DNA of 64,000 bases, taken from assembly GCF_017161325.1 (NCBI RefSeq), contig NZ_CP045670.1, positions 1,107,367-1,171,366 on the forward strand, read 5' to 3'. This DNA comes from Treponema pedis (GTDB lineage Bacteria > Spirochaetota > Spirochaetia > Treponematales > Treponemataceae). Below are positions 29,874 through 39,446 of this stretch, piece by piece (within the stretch, counting starts at the first letter, position 1; every line of letters starts with the position of its first letter). Both the position numbers and the translations under genes were made by a program. The notes beneath the pieces were generated by a model, which was not told the DNA's origin, did not search any database, and was given only the letters and a program-made list of their open reading frames with translations.

Positions 29874-30797
29874 TTAACTTTTTGCGTACTTTTGTATTTT
29901 TTTCCAAAGAAGGATAACCGCAATAAACATAACAATATCCCCCGATATTGAAAGCGTCGCTCCTTCCCGGGAAAAACCAGCTTCGATATCGCTTGCATCG
30001 AATGTCATTTCTCCCGCCGTTAAGTCGGATATAATACCTAAAAATAAATTGTTAAGCGAATGTAAAATAATTCCCGCTTCCATGCCTCCCGTAATATAAA
30101 TTAAAGCGCACCAAAGTATTGCGGAAACAAACAGCTCAAGTCCCACCCAAATATTTGCGGGGAAGTGGGCAATTGAGAACAAAAGTGAAAGAGTAAAAGA
30201 CATCAATATCCATGCGGTATTTTTGTTTTTAAACATAATACCGAAAACCTGTAAACCCCAACCGCGAAAAAGCATTTCTTCTCCCGCACACTGAAGAGGA
30301 GTAAAAAGCAGGGTAAGAAAAACCGCAAAAAGAGTTGACTTTGAAAAAATAAACTCGGGTATGCCGTCCAAAAAGGTTTGTCCTATTATACAAACCGCAG
30401 CTATCGGCGTTAAAACCGCAAGGCATATAAAAAACCAAGATAAGCGGAATTTACCGAATACCGATATTAAATTTCCGGCCTTTTTTTTAAAGACTATTTT
30501 ATTTGTAATCATACCTGTAGGAAATAACAAGAATAAAATAATATCGGTAAATTTATCCGAAAATGGAAAGTCTTCAGTATCGAAATTTAAAAATTGTGAA
30601 AAGGTATTTGAATTTCCGCTTATTTTTAATATAACCTCAATTATAATAAAAAAAATTGCAATCAGTATAAAGTAAACAAGTATATAAGCCGAAAGCGCCG
30701 CAACAACTCTTTTTTTTGAAAAGCCTTCGCTTTGTAAAAGCTGAATATAATCGGGCTTTAATTTAAGATTATACCCGTTTAAAGATTTTTCAGGCAT
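29874..30797 (-). CDS. CPBP family intramembrane glutamic endopeptidase (CAAX protease/Abi-type)
   Basis: 307 aa, 8 TMs; motifs GEEMLFRGWGLQ (EExxxR), FSIAHF, HSLNN. Confidence 0.75.
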   Translation of the reverse strand: MPEKSLNGYNLKLKPDYIQLLQSEGFSKKRVVAALSAYILVYFILIAIFFIIIEVILKISGNSNTFSQFLNFDTEDFPFSDKFTDIILFLLFPTGMITNKIVFKKKAGNLISVFGKFRLSWFFICLAVLTPIAAVCIIGQTFLDGIPEFIFSKSTLFAVFLTLLFTPLQCAGEEMLFRGWGLQVFGIMFKNKNTAWILMSFTLSLLFSIAHFPANIWVGLELFVSAILWCALIYITGGMEAGIILHSLNNLFLGIISDLTAGEMTFDASDIEAGFSREGATLSISGDIVMFIAVILLWKKIQKYAKS

Positions 30798-31453
30798 ATA
30801 GCTTCTCCGTAATTTTTATTTTGCAATTATATATTTTTTATTTGCGGCTGTAAACGGGAGCGGGAGGGAGGCCTTTTTATATTTTTTTTAAGTCTTCGGT
30901 TTAAGTTATTAAAAAAATTATCTATTAGCTTGAATATTATTTTTATTTTATGTAAAATAATTTTCGATTATTCTTAATATACGAAGCGTTTCAAAAAAGC
31001 GCTGCGGCATCGGGCAATAGCATTCGATATTCCGGTATTTAAGATAAATCTTTATCGGGTTCGACTCCCGCTATACATACCTTTAAGTATGGAATTTCAC
31101 GGTTGAAAGATATTGGGAAAGCCGGTCTCTTTTAAAACGGACCTCTTTTAAGCGGCTAATCGGTTTTCGGCACTTATGCGGAATTTTCCGAATAATGCAA
31201 ATCGGTAACGGGCTTTGAATTGCGGCGGATACCGAAATTGTTTACATCATTTGCATATTTTATACCGTGCCGGAAATGTGCCGGTTGCATTGTAACCGGT
31301 TACGGCGTTTCGGCTATGCCGTAAAATAAAAATAATGTTTGTAAATATTTCTTAAGCCGAAATCCGCCCCGCTTCGGTGAAAACCTGTTGCCGCTTTTTA
31401 TTGACACTGCCGGCTTGCTTTTAGGCAAAAGCCGTTTATTATGGAGGAGCAGT

Positions 31454-32548
31454 ATGCGTATACAATATGATGAAAGAGCCTTATTATTTAAACACGGAAA
31501 ATTTATAAAATTGCTGGGGCCTTGCTTTTTTTTAAATTTAAAAAACTACAAAATAGAAAAACATTCCGTTTACGAAGAGCTGTGCACGAATGCCGATAAA
31601 ACAACTCTTTTACTTAATAAAGACTTTACGGAACAAGTCGAATTTGTTGAATTACAGGATAATAACATCGCCTTATATTTTGATGACGGAATTTTTAAAG
31701 ATGTATTGACGGCAGGTAAACATATTTTTTGGAAAAATAATCACAAAAAAGAATTTATAACTGCGGATTTAAACAATCCCTGTATCGACACCGGAATAAT
31801 AAGTGAAGAAGTTATAAACAGTAATTTTTTACAAGATTATATTATACGCGAAACGGTGGAGTCTTACGAAAAAGGCCTTTTATTCATAGATAAAACTTTT
31901 ATCAAAATACTTGAGGCCGGCTCTTATTATTTTTGGAAAGGAAGCAAACTCGTAAATATCATTAAAGCGGATATGCGCTCCCGTCAAATTGAAATTTCAG
32001 GACAGGAAATACTTACAAAGGACAAAATTTCTCTTAGATTAAATTTTGTTTGTCAATATAAAATCGCAGACCCTATAAAAGCCTTAGCCGAAACGGAAGA
32101 CTATGAAAGTCAGCTTTATACCTGCTTACAGCTTGCTTTACGCGAATACATAGGAACTATGACATTTGATGAATTGCTTGAGAAAAAAGAAGAAGTCAAC
32201 AAGTTTGTAATAAATATACTTAAAACGCATGAAGAAAAACTCGGAGTAACGATTATCTTTTCAGGATTAAAAGATATTATTCTGCCGGGTGAAATACGCG
32301 ACATCATCAACCAAGTTTTAATTGCGGAAAAAAAAGCTCAGGCAAATGTTATTACCCGCAGGGAAGAAACCGCTTCTACGCGAAGCCTTCTTAACACTGC
32401 AAAACTGATGGAAGAAAATTCGCTTTTATTAAAATTAAAAGAGCTTGAATATATAGACAAAATAAGCGAAAAGATAAACCAAATATCCGTAACGGGCGGC
32501 GGACAGATACTCGACCAATTAAAAGAAATCTTTACCGGTAAACTGTAA
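31454..32548 (+). CDS. SPFH/band-7 (stomatin/HflC-like) domain protein without an N-terminal TM, with a triplicated N-terminal beta-hairpin module
   Basis: Start at ATG 31454 (GGAGGAG SD 31442-31448), not the TTG at 31388. SPFH core ...KDKISLRLNFVCQYKIADPIKA...IRDIINQVLIAEKKAQANVI...; three repeats of the ERxxLFxxGKxxKxLxxG-type strand motif before it. Confidence 0.7.
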   Translation: MRIQYDERALLFKHGKFIKLLGPCFFLNLKNYKIEKHSVYEELCTNADKTTLLLNKDFTEQVEFVELQDNNIALYFDDGIFKDVLTAGKHIFWKNNHKKEFITADLNNPCIDTGIISEEVINSNFLQDYIIRETVESYEKGLLFIDKTFIKILEAGSYYFWKGSKLVNIIKADMRSRQIEISGQEILTKDKISLRLNFVCQYKIADPIKALAETEDYESQLYTCLQLALREYIGTMTFDELLEKKEEVNKFVINILKTHEEKLGVTIIFSGLKDIILPGEIRDIINQVLIAEKKAQANVITRREETASTRSLLNTAKLMEENSLLLKLKELEYIDKISEKINQISVTGGGQILDQLKEIFTGKL

Positions 32549-32577
32549 TATAAAGACAAAATATATATTTTCTCCGA

Positions 32578-32606
32578 TTGTCATAATTCTTTTTTTTTGT
32601 TATTAT
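32578..32606 (+). promoter_or_regulatory. promoter TTGTCA-17-TATTAT for sppA
   Basis: Read directly; AAGGAG SD follows at about 32626. Confidence 0.3.
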
Positions 32607-32645
32607 ACTCCGAATATTATTTTTAAGGAGTAATTAGCTAATCTT

Positions 32646-34478
32646 ATGGACGACAACTCGACAAATCAGAGAAAAAAAGGCGGGTTTTTCAGAACCCTTT
32701 TTCGCGGAATAAATTTTATCCGATTACTTATAATTAACATTGTATTCTTTCTTTTCTTTTTCAGCTTTATGGGAATAATGGGCTCGGTGCCTTCACCTCA
32801 AAAAAAGACCTTTTCACGCATTATAGAAAATACGGTTTTAAGGGTTGCTCCGGTAGGCGTGGCAGCGGAAACCGAAGGCGATTTTTTCCCTTTTACATCT
32901 ATAGGTCTTTATAAAAATTCCGTTGTTTTAATAAGCGATTTAACAAAGGCAATTAAAAATGCGGCTTACGACAGACGGGTAACCTCGCTCTATTTGGATT
33001 TTTCGGAACTGTCGGGCCTTTCTTCGGGACACTTGGCGGAATTAGGCGGTGCAATTTCGGAGTTTAAAAAATCGGGCAAAAAGATTTATGCTTATTCCGT
33101 AAATTACGGAACATCTTCATTTTATCTTGCATCTTATGCCGACAGAATCGGAATCGACCCTTTAGGAGAAATCTCGTTTGCAGGGTTTAAATCCCGTCCC
33201 GTTTTTTACAAGGGTTTGGAAGATAAATTCGGCATTAAGTGGAATGTTTTACAGGCTGGGAAATATAAGGGTATGGCGGAAACCTATTCCCGCGAAAACC
33301 TTTCGGAAAATGTCCGCTCGAATTTAAAATCGGCATTTGACGCTTTATGGAATAAATACGTTTCCGATATTTCGGGCAATTTAAACATTGCTCCCGAAAA
33401 AATTAAAAACTTTGCGGAGCATAATTTCGCTATTGTAAAAAAGTACTCGGGAGATACCGCACGGGCGGCCTTGGAAGAAGGGCTTGTTACCGATATTGCT
33501 TCGGTAGACGAATTTGCGGTAAAAATCGGTTTTGCGGACGGTGAGACCTTTATGTCTTCGGTAAATACAATAAGTTACGGCGATTATAATTTAAACTTTA
33601 CCGAAATACCGTCAAAGAATTCGGTAGCCGTTATTTACTTAAACGGAGCTATTACGGGCTCTTCCAAAAATACACAGGAAGCGGCGGTAAGCTCAAAGCT
33701 GATTGAACTTTTCGATATGGCTCAAGATGACCCGTCCGTTAAAGCGATTGTTCTCCGTATCGACTCCGGAGGAGGCGAGGTTTTCGCTTCCGAAGAAATA
33801 CGCAGAGCAATCGAAAGAGCAAAAAAATCGGGCTTACCGGTTGTAGTTTCTATGGGTTCGGTAGCGGCCTCGGGCGCATACTGGATTTCCTCTTCCGCCG
33901 ATTATATCTTTGCAAGTCCGTATACAATTACAGGTTCAATCGGCGTATTGGGTACGGCACCCTCGTTTCAAACCGCATTGAAAAAACATCTGGGAATTAC
34001 CGCCGATTTGGTGTATGCGGGGCAAAAACCGGGCCATTCCATTTTTGAAGACCCCTCCGTCGAAGAACTTGATGCAAGGCAGCTTGAAATTATGCATATT
34101 TACGAAACCTTTATACAAACCGTTTCTTCAGGCAGGAACATACCCGTTGAAACTGTAGCGGACTTGGCAGGCGGCAAAATTTATTCCGGCGAACAGGCAT
34201 TAAAGCTGAAACTTGTAGACGAGCTGGGTTCTTTTAATGACGCCGCTTCTTATGCCGCAAAACTTGCAAACATTCAAGGCGGTTTTTCTATAAAACCGAT
34301 AAAAAAATCTCTTACGCTTACACAGGAAGTTATAAAAAATTTTTTAAACGGTGCCGACAGCTCCGTATTAAAACAACTTGGCTTTGCCGATTTATATGCG
34401 GCGTTTGAATTTTTAACGCTTAATTCCGAAAAAGGCATTTATCTTTATATGCCCGAAAGACTTATCTGGGAAAAATAA
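32646..34478 (+). CDS. sppA: signal peptide peptidase SppA, 67K type (protease IV; tandem ClpP/crotonase-fold domains)
   Basis: 610 aa; N-terminal TM; second domain GGEVFASEEIRRAIERAKKSGLPVVVSMGSVAASGAYWIS with the catalytic Ser/Lys context. Confidence 0.85.
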   Translation: MDDNSTNQRKKGGFFRTLFRGINFIRLLIINIVFFLFFFSFMGIMGSVPSPQKKTFSRIIENTVLRVAPVGVAAETEGDFFPFTSIGLYKNSVVLISDLTKAIKNAAYDRRVTSLYLDFSELSGLSSGHLAELGGAISEFKKSGKKIYAYSVNYGTSSFYLASYADRIGIDPLGEISFAGFKSRPVFYKGLEDKFGIKWNVLQAGKYKGMAETYSRENLSENVRSNLKSAFDALWNKYVSDISGNLNIAPEKIKNFAEHNFAIVKKYSGDTARAALEEGLVTDIASVDEFAVKIGFADGETFMSSVNTISYGDYNLNFTEIPSKNSVAVIYLNGAITGSSKNTQEAAVSSKLIELFDMAQDDPSVKAIVLRIDSGGGEVFASEEIRRAIERAKKSGLPVVVSMGSVAASGAYWISSSADYIFASPYTITGSIGVLGTAPSFQTALKKHLGITADLVYAGQKPGHSIFEDPSVEELDARQLEIMHIYETFIQTVSSGRNIPVETVADLAGGKIYSGEQALKLKLVDELGSFNDAASYAAKLANIQGGFSIKPIKKSLTLTQEVIKNFLNGADSSVLKQLGFADLYAAFEFLTLNSEKGIYLYMPERLIWEK

Positions 34479-34489
34479 GAGGTGAAAAA

Positions 34490-35596
34490 ATGGCTATAAA
34501 CTGCGGAATTGTCGGGTTACCCAATGTAGGTAAATCGACCATATTTTCGGCATTAACAAACGCTCCTGCGGAAGCCGCCAATTATCCGTTTTGCACAATT
34601 AACCCCAATATAGGAATTGTAAATTTGCCCGATAAAAGGCTGAAACTCTTGGCGGAACATTTTAACCCCAAGCGTGTTATACCGGCAGCCGTAGAATTTG
34701 TCGATATTGCGGGCCTTGTAAAGGGTGCCTCCAAAGGCGAAGGATTGGGCAATCAATTTTTATCGCACATACGGGAGGTGGGAGTTATAGCCCACGTTGT
34801 CCGCTGTTTTGATAATGACGATATAGTCCACGTTGCCGGAAAAATAGACCCTGTTGCCGATATAGAAACCATTAACATTGAACTTGCCCTTGCCGACTTG
34901 GCGAGTTTGGATAAGCGTACCGAAAGAGCGGAAAAAGCTATGCGCATGAGTAAAGAAGCTCAAAAAGAAGCGGCGGTCGTTATAAAGGCAATCGAAAAAA
35001 TACGGCCTCTTTTACAGGACGGAAAGGGCGCCCGCTTAGCCGATTTAACCGATGAAGAAAAAGATGCAATATACGACACACATTTAATTACAATGAAGCC
35101 TCAAATGTATGTCTGCAATGTTGATGAAAACGGAATGACCGGCGATAATGAATACGTACGGGCGGTAAAAAAAATTGCGGAAGCCGAAGGTGCGGACGTT
35201 GTAATAATTTGCGGTAAATTCGAAGCGGAACTTTCCGATTTGGAAAGCGAAGAAGAGCGCCTTACATTTTTAGCCGAAGCGGGCTTGGAAGAATCGGGCC
35301 TTTCGCAGCTTGCAAGGGCCGCCTATAATTTAATCGGGCTTAGAACCTTTTTTACCGCAGGAGAAGATGAATGCCGGGCTTGGACAATACATGCAGGAGA
35401 TACCGCCCCTAAGGCTGCCGGAGTAATTCATACCGATTTTGAACGCGGATTTATAAAAGCGGAAGTTTACGGGTTTGACGACTTTGTAAAATACGGCTCG
35501 GAACAAAAAATAAAAGAAGCGGGCCGCTACCGCCAAGAAGGCAAGGCCTACACAGTACGGGACGGAGATATTATATTTTTTAAATTTAACGTATAA
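34490..35596 (+). CDS. ychF: redox-regulated ribosome-binding ATPase YchF
   Basis: [24 protein letters not shown]1 motif; 368 aa with a C-terminal TGS domain. Confidence 0.9.
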   Translation: MAINCGIVGLPNVGKSTIFSALTNAPAEAANYPFCTINPNIGIVNLPDKRLKLLAEHFNPKRVIPAAVEFVDIAGLVKGASKGEGLGNQFLSHIREVGVIAHVVRCFDNDDIVHVAGKIDPVADIETINIELALADLASLDKRTERAEKAMRMSKEAQKEAAVVIKAIEKIRPLLQDGKGARLADLTDEEKDAIYDTHLITMKPQMYVCNVDENGMTGDNEYVRAVKKIAEAEGADVVIICGKFEAELSDLESEEERLTFLAEAGLEESGLSQLARAAYNLIGLRTFFTAGEDECRAWTIHAGDTAPKAAGVIHTDFERGFIKAEVYGFDDFVKYGSEQKIKEAGRYRQEGKAYTVRDGDIIFFKFNV

Positions 35597-35653
35597 GCCG
35601 GATTAAAATACTTAAAGATACCGCAATTATTTTTAATTTCGGTATCTTAAGCC

Positions 35654-35682
35654 TTGACAAAATCTGCCTTGCTTTTTATAAT
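35654..35682 (+). promoter_or_regulatory. perfect consensus sigma70 promoter TTGACA(35654-35659)-17-TATAAT(35677-35682)
   Basis: Exact match to both hexamers with the optimal 17-nt spacer. Confidence 0.5.
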
Positions 35683-35689
35683 GTTTACT

Positions 35690-35897
35690 ATGGTACAAAA
35701 AGATATTTATTTAGAAAAAAATTTAAATACTTACTCAAAAACCCCTAGACAAAAAGTGGGAAAATATCGTATAGTCCCCCCCCCCCCTCTATATCAAAAC
35801 AACACAGTCTATAAATTAACTGAAAACATAGATATTTTTCTTTTTAATAATAAACGCATAAGACGCTTTTTTTACTTTGTCTTATGCGTTTTTTTAT
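35690..35897 (+). ncRNA. candidate ~200-nt small RNA or 5' leader: consensus promoter, AT-rich body with a C12 homopolymer (35776-35787), strong intrinsic terminator
   Basis: Predicted TSS about 35689. Terminator: 12-bp stem aacgcataagac (35853-35864)/gtcttatgcgtt (35879-35890) followed by TTTTTTT. The only ORF through it (track 35654-36064) lacks an SD and reads through the terminator. Confidence 0.35.
35853..35897 (+). terminator. rho-independent terminator (12-bp stem + U7)
   Basis: See above; perfect 12-bp inverted repeat with a 14-nt loop, then ttttttt. Confidence 0.55.
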
Positions 35898-36060
35898 ATA
35901 TTTACCTCTTTAAAAATAAATCGACATTTTTATTTTTTAATTTTTTAAAGCGGTTTAACCCCTTGAGTTTTTACGGGGCAATCGGTGCAGCGTCTTTCGA
36001 ATATATCGGAGCTTACAAATATAGGAAAAAGCCGGCGGGCATAAACGCAAGGAGAAAAAA

Positions 36061-36702
36061 ATGAAACAAAGTAAAAGAAAATCTTTTGTTGGAGCGGTAA
36101 TTTTTACTGCATTGGTATTGGTTGCCGGACTTTTGGCAGGCTGCCCGAATGGTGCGCCTAAAAATACTAACACAAGTAATACAGGTAACACAGGCAATGC
36201 GGGTAGCACAGGCAACACAAGCAATGAAAATCAGAATAGTATTTTTAAACTTTACTATGGTACCATAGCCGGGTATACGTGCAAAAAAGAAGAACTTCCT
36301 TCCGTTATGGTAATACCGCATAAAGTAAGGGGTTGGGCTATTACAGGAATAGGCCAGAGAGTTTTTGAAAACTGTACGGGCATAACAAGCTTAGACCTAT
36401 CCGCCTGTACAGCCCTTTTTCAAATAGGCCATACAGCTTTTTCAGGCTGTACGGGCTTAACAAATGTGGACTTATCTGCCTGCACACTTCTTACCGCAAT
36501 GAGTTATGACGTTTTTTGCGGTTGTACAAATGCAGAAATAAAACTGCCTGAAAGCATAACCCTTATACTCGGTCATCCTTTTGGAAGCAAAGAAGATGAT
36601 TTTTGCAAAAAAGTTCTTATAAAATCGGGTCCGAATTTTGAAAGAATAAAGGAGCTTTTAGTAGAGTCAGGCTATCCTGAAGAAAGAATCGGACAGTATT
36701 GA
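36061..36702 (+). CDS. lipoprotein with BspA-type leucine-rich repeats and an N/T/G-rich low-complexity linker
   Basis: Signal peptide + lipobox LLAGC; linker NTNTSNTGNTGNAGSTGNTSNENQN; LRR-like segments ITSLDLSACTALFQIGHTAFSGCTGLTNVDLSAC; AAGGAG SD. Confidence 0.65.
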   Translation: MKQSKRKSFVGAVIFTALVLVAGLLAGCPNGAPKNTNTSNTGNTGNAGSTGNTSNENQNSIFKLYYGTIAGYTCKKEELPSVMVIPHKVRGWAITGIGQRVFENCTGITSLDLSACTALFQIGHTAFSGCTGLTNVDLSACTLLTAMSYDVFCGCTNAEIKLPESITLILGHPFGSKEDDFCKKVLIKSGPNFERIKELLVESGYPEERIGQY

Positions 36703-36923
36703 TTAACCCCTGCTGCCGTTTTAAAGACAAGTTTTTTAAAAGCGGCAGGTGTATAATCCTATCTTTATTAATCCTATGCTTTTTTAAGCTCTCAAAAAAG
36801 CATAGGGTGGAAGTAACTGAACTCATCTATGTTTATTTTTCCTTATTTTTAACTTTTACAGATGCGAATCCGCTCGGAAGCGCCGCTTTATTATTCCTCC
36901 TTTTTTTGCTATACTTATTTATT

Positions 36924-38321
36924 ATGGAAATATCATTGCAAAATATTAAAAATTTATCCGTTACGGTCATGGGCTTAGGCTTAAACGGAGGCGGCTCTGC
37001 AACCGCCGATTTTTTTGCACGGCATGGTGCAAGGGTAACGGTTACCGATTTAAAGCGGGCGGAAGAATTGGCTCCTTCAATCGAAAAGTTAAAAAAGTTC
37101 CCGAACATACGCTTTATATTGGGTGAACACCGCATTGACGATTTTAAAAATGCCGATGTTGTAATTAAAAATCCGGGAGTTAAACTTGAAGGGAATAAAT
37201 ATTTACAGGAAGCAAAACAAATCGAATCCGACATTTCCGTTTTTCTTGCAATGTCAAAGGCTCCTATTTTAGCGGTAACGGGCAGTAAAGGAAAATCGTC
37301 TACCGTGAGCGCTCTTTACTACGGTTTAAAAAAACTTAAGTTTAATGCTTTTTTAGGCGGAAATATTACGGTAAGCCCCCTTTCATTTTTGGAAAAGACA
37401 AACGGTGCAACACCTGTCGTGCTTGAGCTTTCAAGCTGGCAGCTTGCCGATTTAAAAAATGCAAATTCATTAAAACCTAAAATTGCAATTATCACTCCTA
37501 TAATGCCCGACCATTTAAATTGGTACGGCACAATGGAAAAATATGTTGCGGATAAAAAACTTATTTATAAAAATATGAATAATAAGGATTTTTTAATTTG
37601 CAATTATGATGATACATGGGGCTCTTCGTTTGCAGCTGAAACCGCAGCAAAAGTTTTTTGGTACGGCGAAAATAAATTGCCTGAAAATTTAAGCGGAGTT
37701 TTTTTCGATAAGGCCGGAAACGGGGTTTATAAATCGGCGGGCAACGGGGAGGATGAAACCGTACGGCTTCTTTCCGCAAATTGTAAAGTGCCGGGCGTAA
37801 AGTTAAAACAAAATGTTTTAAATGCCGCATTGGCTTTAGTTTTATACGGAGCGGAGCCTAGAGAAGTTTTTACCGTCATGAATGAATATGCGGGTATAGA
37901 ACACCGTATGGAATTTTTTTATGAAACAGACGGAATTAAATTTTATAACGATACGGCCGCAACGATACCCGAAGCGGTAACGGCCGCATTAAACGCTTTT
38001 ACGGAGTCTCCCGTTTTAATTTGCGGCGGTACGAATAAGTGTTTGGATTTTACTCCTCTTGCCGAAAATGCTCATCTTGCAAAAAGTGTATTTTTGCTTC
38101 AAGGCTCCGGAACCGATTTACTTATTCCAATGTTGGAAAAACGCGGAATTAAATATCAGGGTGCTTTTTCAAGTTTAGATGAACTTCTTTTAGCGGCAAA
38201 ATCCGAATTAAAATCCGGCGATACCGTTTTATTTTCTCCGGGGGCTGCAAGTTTCGGAATGTTTAAAAACGAATTTGACAGAGGAAATTGCTTTAAAGAA
38301 AAGGTAAAAGAATTCTTTTAA
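36924..38321 (+). CDS. murD: UDP-N-acetylmuramoyl-L-alanine--D-glutamate ligase
   Basis: Start chosen at ATG 36924 (MEISLQNIKNLSVTVMGLGLNGGG...); GSKGKSST P-loop; the track's 75-codon N-terminal extension (from 36699) is not MurD-like. Confidence 0.85.
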   Translation: MEISLQNIKNLSVTVMGLGLNGGGSATADFFARHGARVTVTDLKRAEELAPSIEKLKKFPNIRFILGEHRIDDFKNADVVIKNPGVKLEGNKYLQEAKQIESDISVFLAMSKAPILAVTGSKGKSSTVSALYYGLKKLKFNAFLGGNITVSPLSFLEKTNGATPVVLELSSWQLADLKNANSLKPKIAIITPIMPDHLNWYGTMEKYVADKKLIYKNMNNKDFLICNYDDTWGSSFAAETAAKVFWYGENKLPENLSGVFFDKAGNGVYKSAGNGEDETVRLLSANCKVPGVKLKQNVLNAALALVLYGAEPREVFTVMNEYAGIEHRMEFFYETDGIKFYNDTAATIPEAVTAALNAFTESPVLICGGTNKCLDFTPLAENAHLAKSVFLLQGSGTDLLIPMLEKRGIKYQGAFSSLDELLLAAKSELKSGDTVLFSPGAASFGMFKNEFDRGNCFKEKVKEFF

Positions 38322-38391
38322 TTGTAATTTAAATCCGTTTTAATTTCGTAAGCCCTAGTTTATTTTTTCTAATTTTGTTATATTATATATT

Positions 38392-39429
38392 ATGAAAAAA
38401 ATAATTTTTACTGTTTTATCCTGTGTTTTTATTTTCGTATTTTATTCCTGCAATAAAACCGAAAATAAACAAACCGACTCGCAAATGAATATTGCGGTTT
38501 TTTTGCCGGGCGTACGTGCGGGAAGTCCCGTGTATGAAATGCTTGCTTCCGGAGTGGAAGAAGCCGTCAATTTTGCAAACCGAAACGGAAAAAATGTAGA
38601 GGTAAAAATTTTGGAAGCCGGAACCAATCAGGCGGATTGGGGAACAAAGCTGACCTCTCTTGCAGTAGACGGAAAATACGGCTTAATTATTTCTTCCAAT
38701 CCTTCTCTTCCGCAAATAGCGGAACCTGTTTCAAAACAATTTCCGAATCAAAAGTTTTTGCTTTTAGACGCTTACTCGGAAGGAAATCCGATGATAACTA
38801 CTTTCCGTTATAATCAAAGAGAACAGGCTTATATTGCAGGTTATATTTCGGCGCTTGTAAGTTTAAGCAATATGAAATATGCAAATGCGGAAAAAAAACT
38901 CGGGCTTATTGCAGGTCAGGAATATCCTGCAATGCTTAACACTATTTTGCCCGCTTTTTTAGAAGGAGCAAGGGCTGCCGATAATGATTTTACCGTCGAT
39001 TTTAGAATTGTCGGAAACTGGTACGATGCCGCAAAGGGTGCGGAGCTTGCCCGTGCAATGTACGAAGACGGTGCCGATGTAATTATGCCTATTTCAGGCG
39101 GAGCGAATCAGGGTGTTCTTGCCGCCGCAAAGGAATTGGGTTTTTATGTTTCGTGGTTTGATGATAACGGTTATGCAAAGGCGGAAGGCTACGTAGTATC
39201 AAGCTCCGAAATGAAACAAAAACAATTGGCTTACGAACAAACCCTTAATTTTATCGAAGGAAGGTTAAACGAGGGTTCTTCAAATACGCTCGGCATTAAA
39301 GACGGTTATGTTAATTTTATTTCAGATGACCCTATTTATATAGAAACCGTGCCGGAAGAAATCCGCAATAAACAGGAAGCTATGTTAAAAAAAATAGCGG
39401 ACGGTTCTTTGGACCTTTCAATAAAATAA
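38392..39429 (+). CDS. BMP-family ABC transporter substrate-binding lipoprotein (PnrA/TmpC/Med-like, nucleoside-type)
   Basis: Lipoprotein signal MKKIIFTVLSCVFIFVFYSC; BMP family fold pattern; followed by a dual-NBD ATPase and two permeases. Confidence 0.8.
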   Translation: MKKIIFTVLSCVFIFVFYSCNKTENKQTDSQMNIAVFLPGVRAGSPVYEMLASGVEEAVNFANRNGKNVEVKILEAGTNQADWGTKLTSLAVDGKYGLIISSNPSLPQIAEPVSKQFPNQKFLLLDAYSEGNPMITTFRYNQREQAYIAGYISALVSLSNMKYANAEKKLGLIAGQEYPAMLNTILPAFLEGARAADNDFTVDFRIVGNWYDAAKGAELARAMYEDGADVIMPISGGANQGVLAAAKELGFYVSWFDDNGYAKAEGYVVSSSEMKQKQLAYEQTLNFIEGRLNEGSSNTLGIKDGYVNFISDDPIYIETVPEEIRNKQEAMLKKIADGSLDLSIK

Positions 39430-39446
39430 AACCGGCAGTTACGATT

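Noticed and set aside
31040-31070. tRNA/tmRNA-like T-arm (cggg-ttcgact-cccg)
   Set aside because: No matching acceptor stem (atgtata absent upstream), no D-arm or anticodon arm, only 4 bp of T-stem; just a chance GGTTCGA-like motif inside a GC-rich intergenic region.
31388-31453. TTG-initiated 22-codon N-terminal extension of the SPFH gene
   Set aside because: A GGAGGAG SD sits 6 nt before ATG 31454; the extension covers the upstream hairpin/T-run and has no SD.
35654-36064. 136-aa ORF from the track covering the candidate sRNA region
   Set aside because: No SD, starts inside the promoter, reads straight through a strong intrinsic terminator, its PPPP comes from the C12 tract and the rest is low-complexity AT-driven; much more likely non-coding.
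36699-36923. 75-codon N-terminal extension of murD in the track ORF
   Set aside because: Extension is hydrophobic junk with no MurD similarity and overlaps the lipoprotein gene end; canonical MurD N-terminus begins at ATG 36924.
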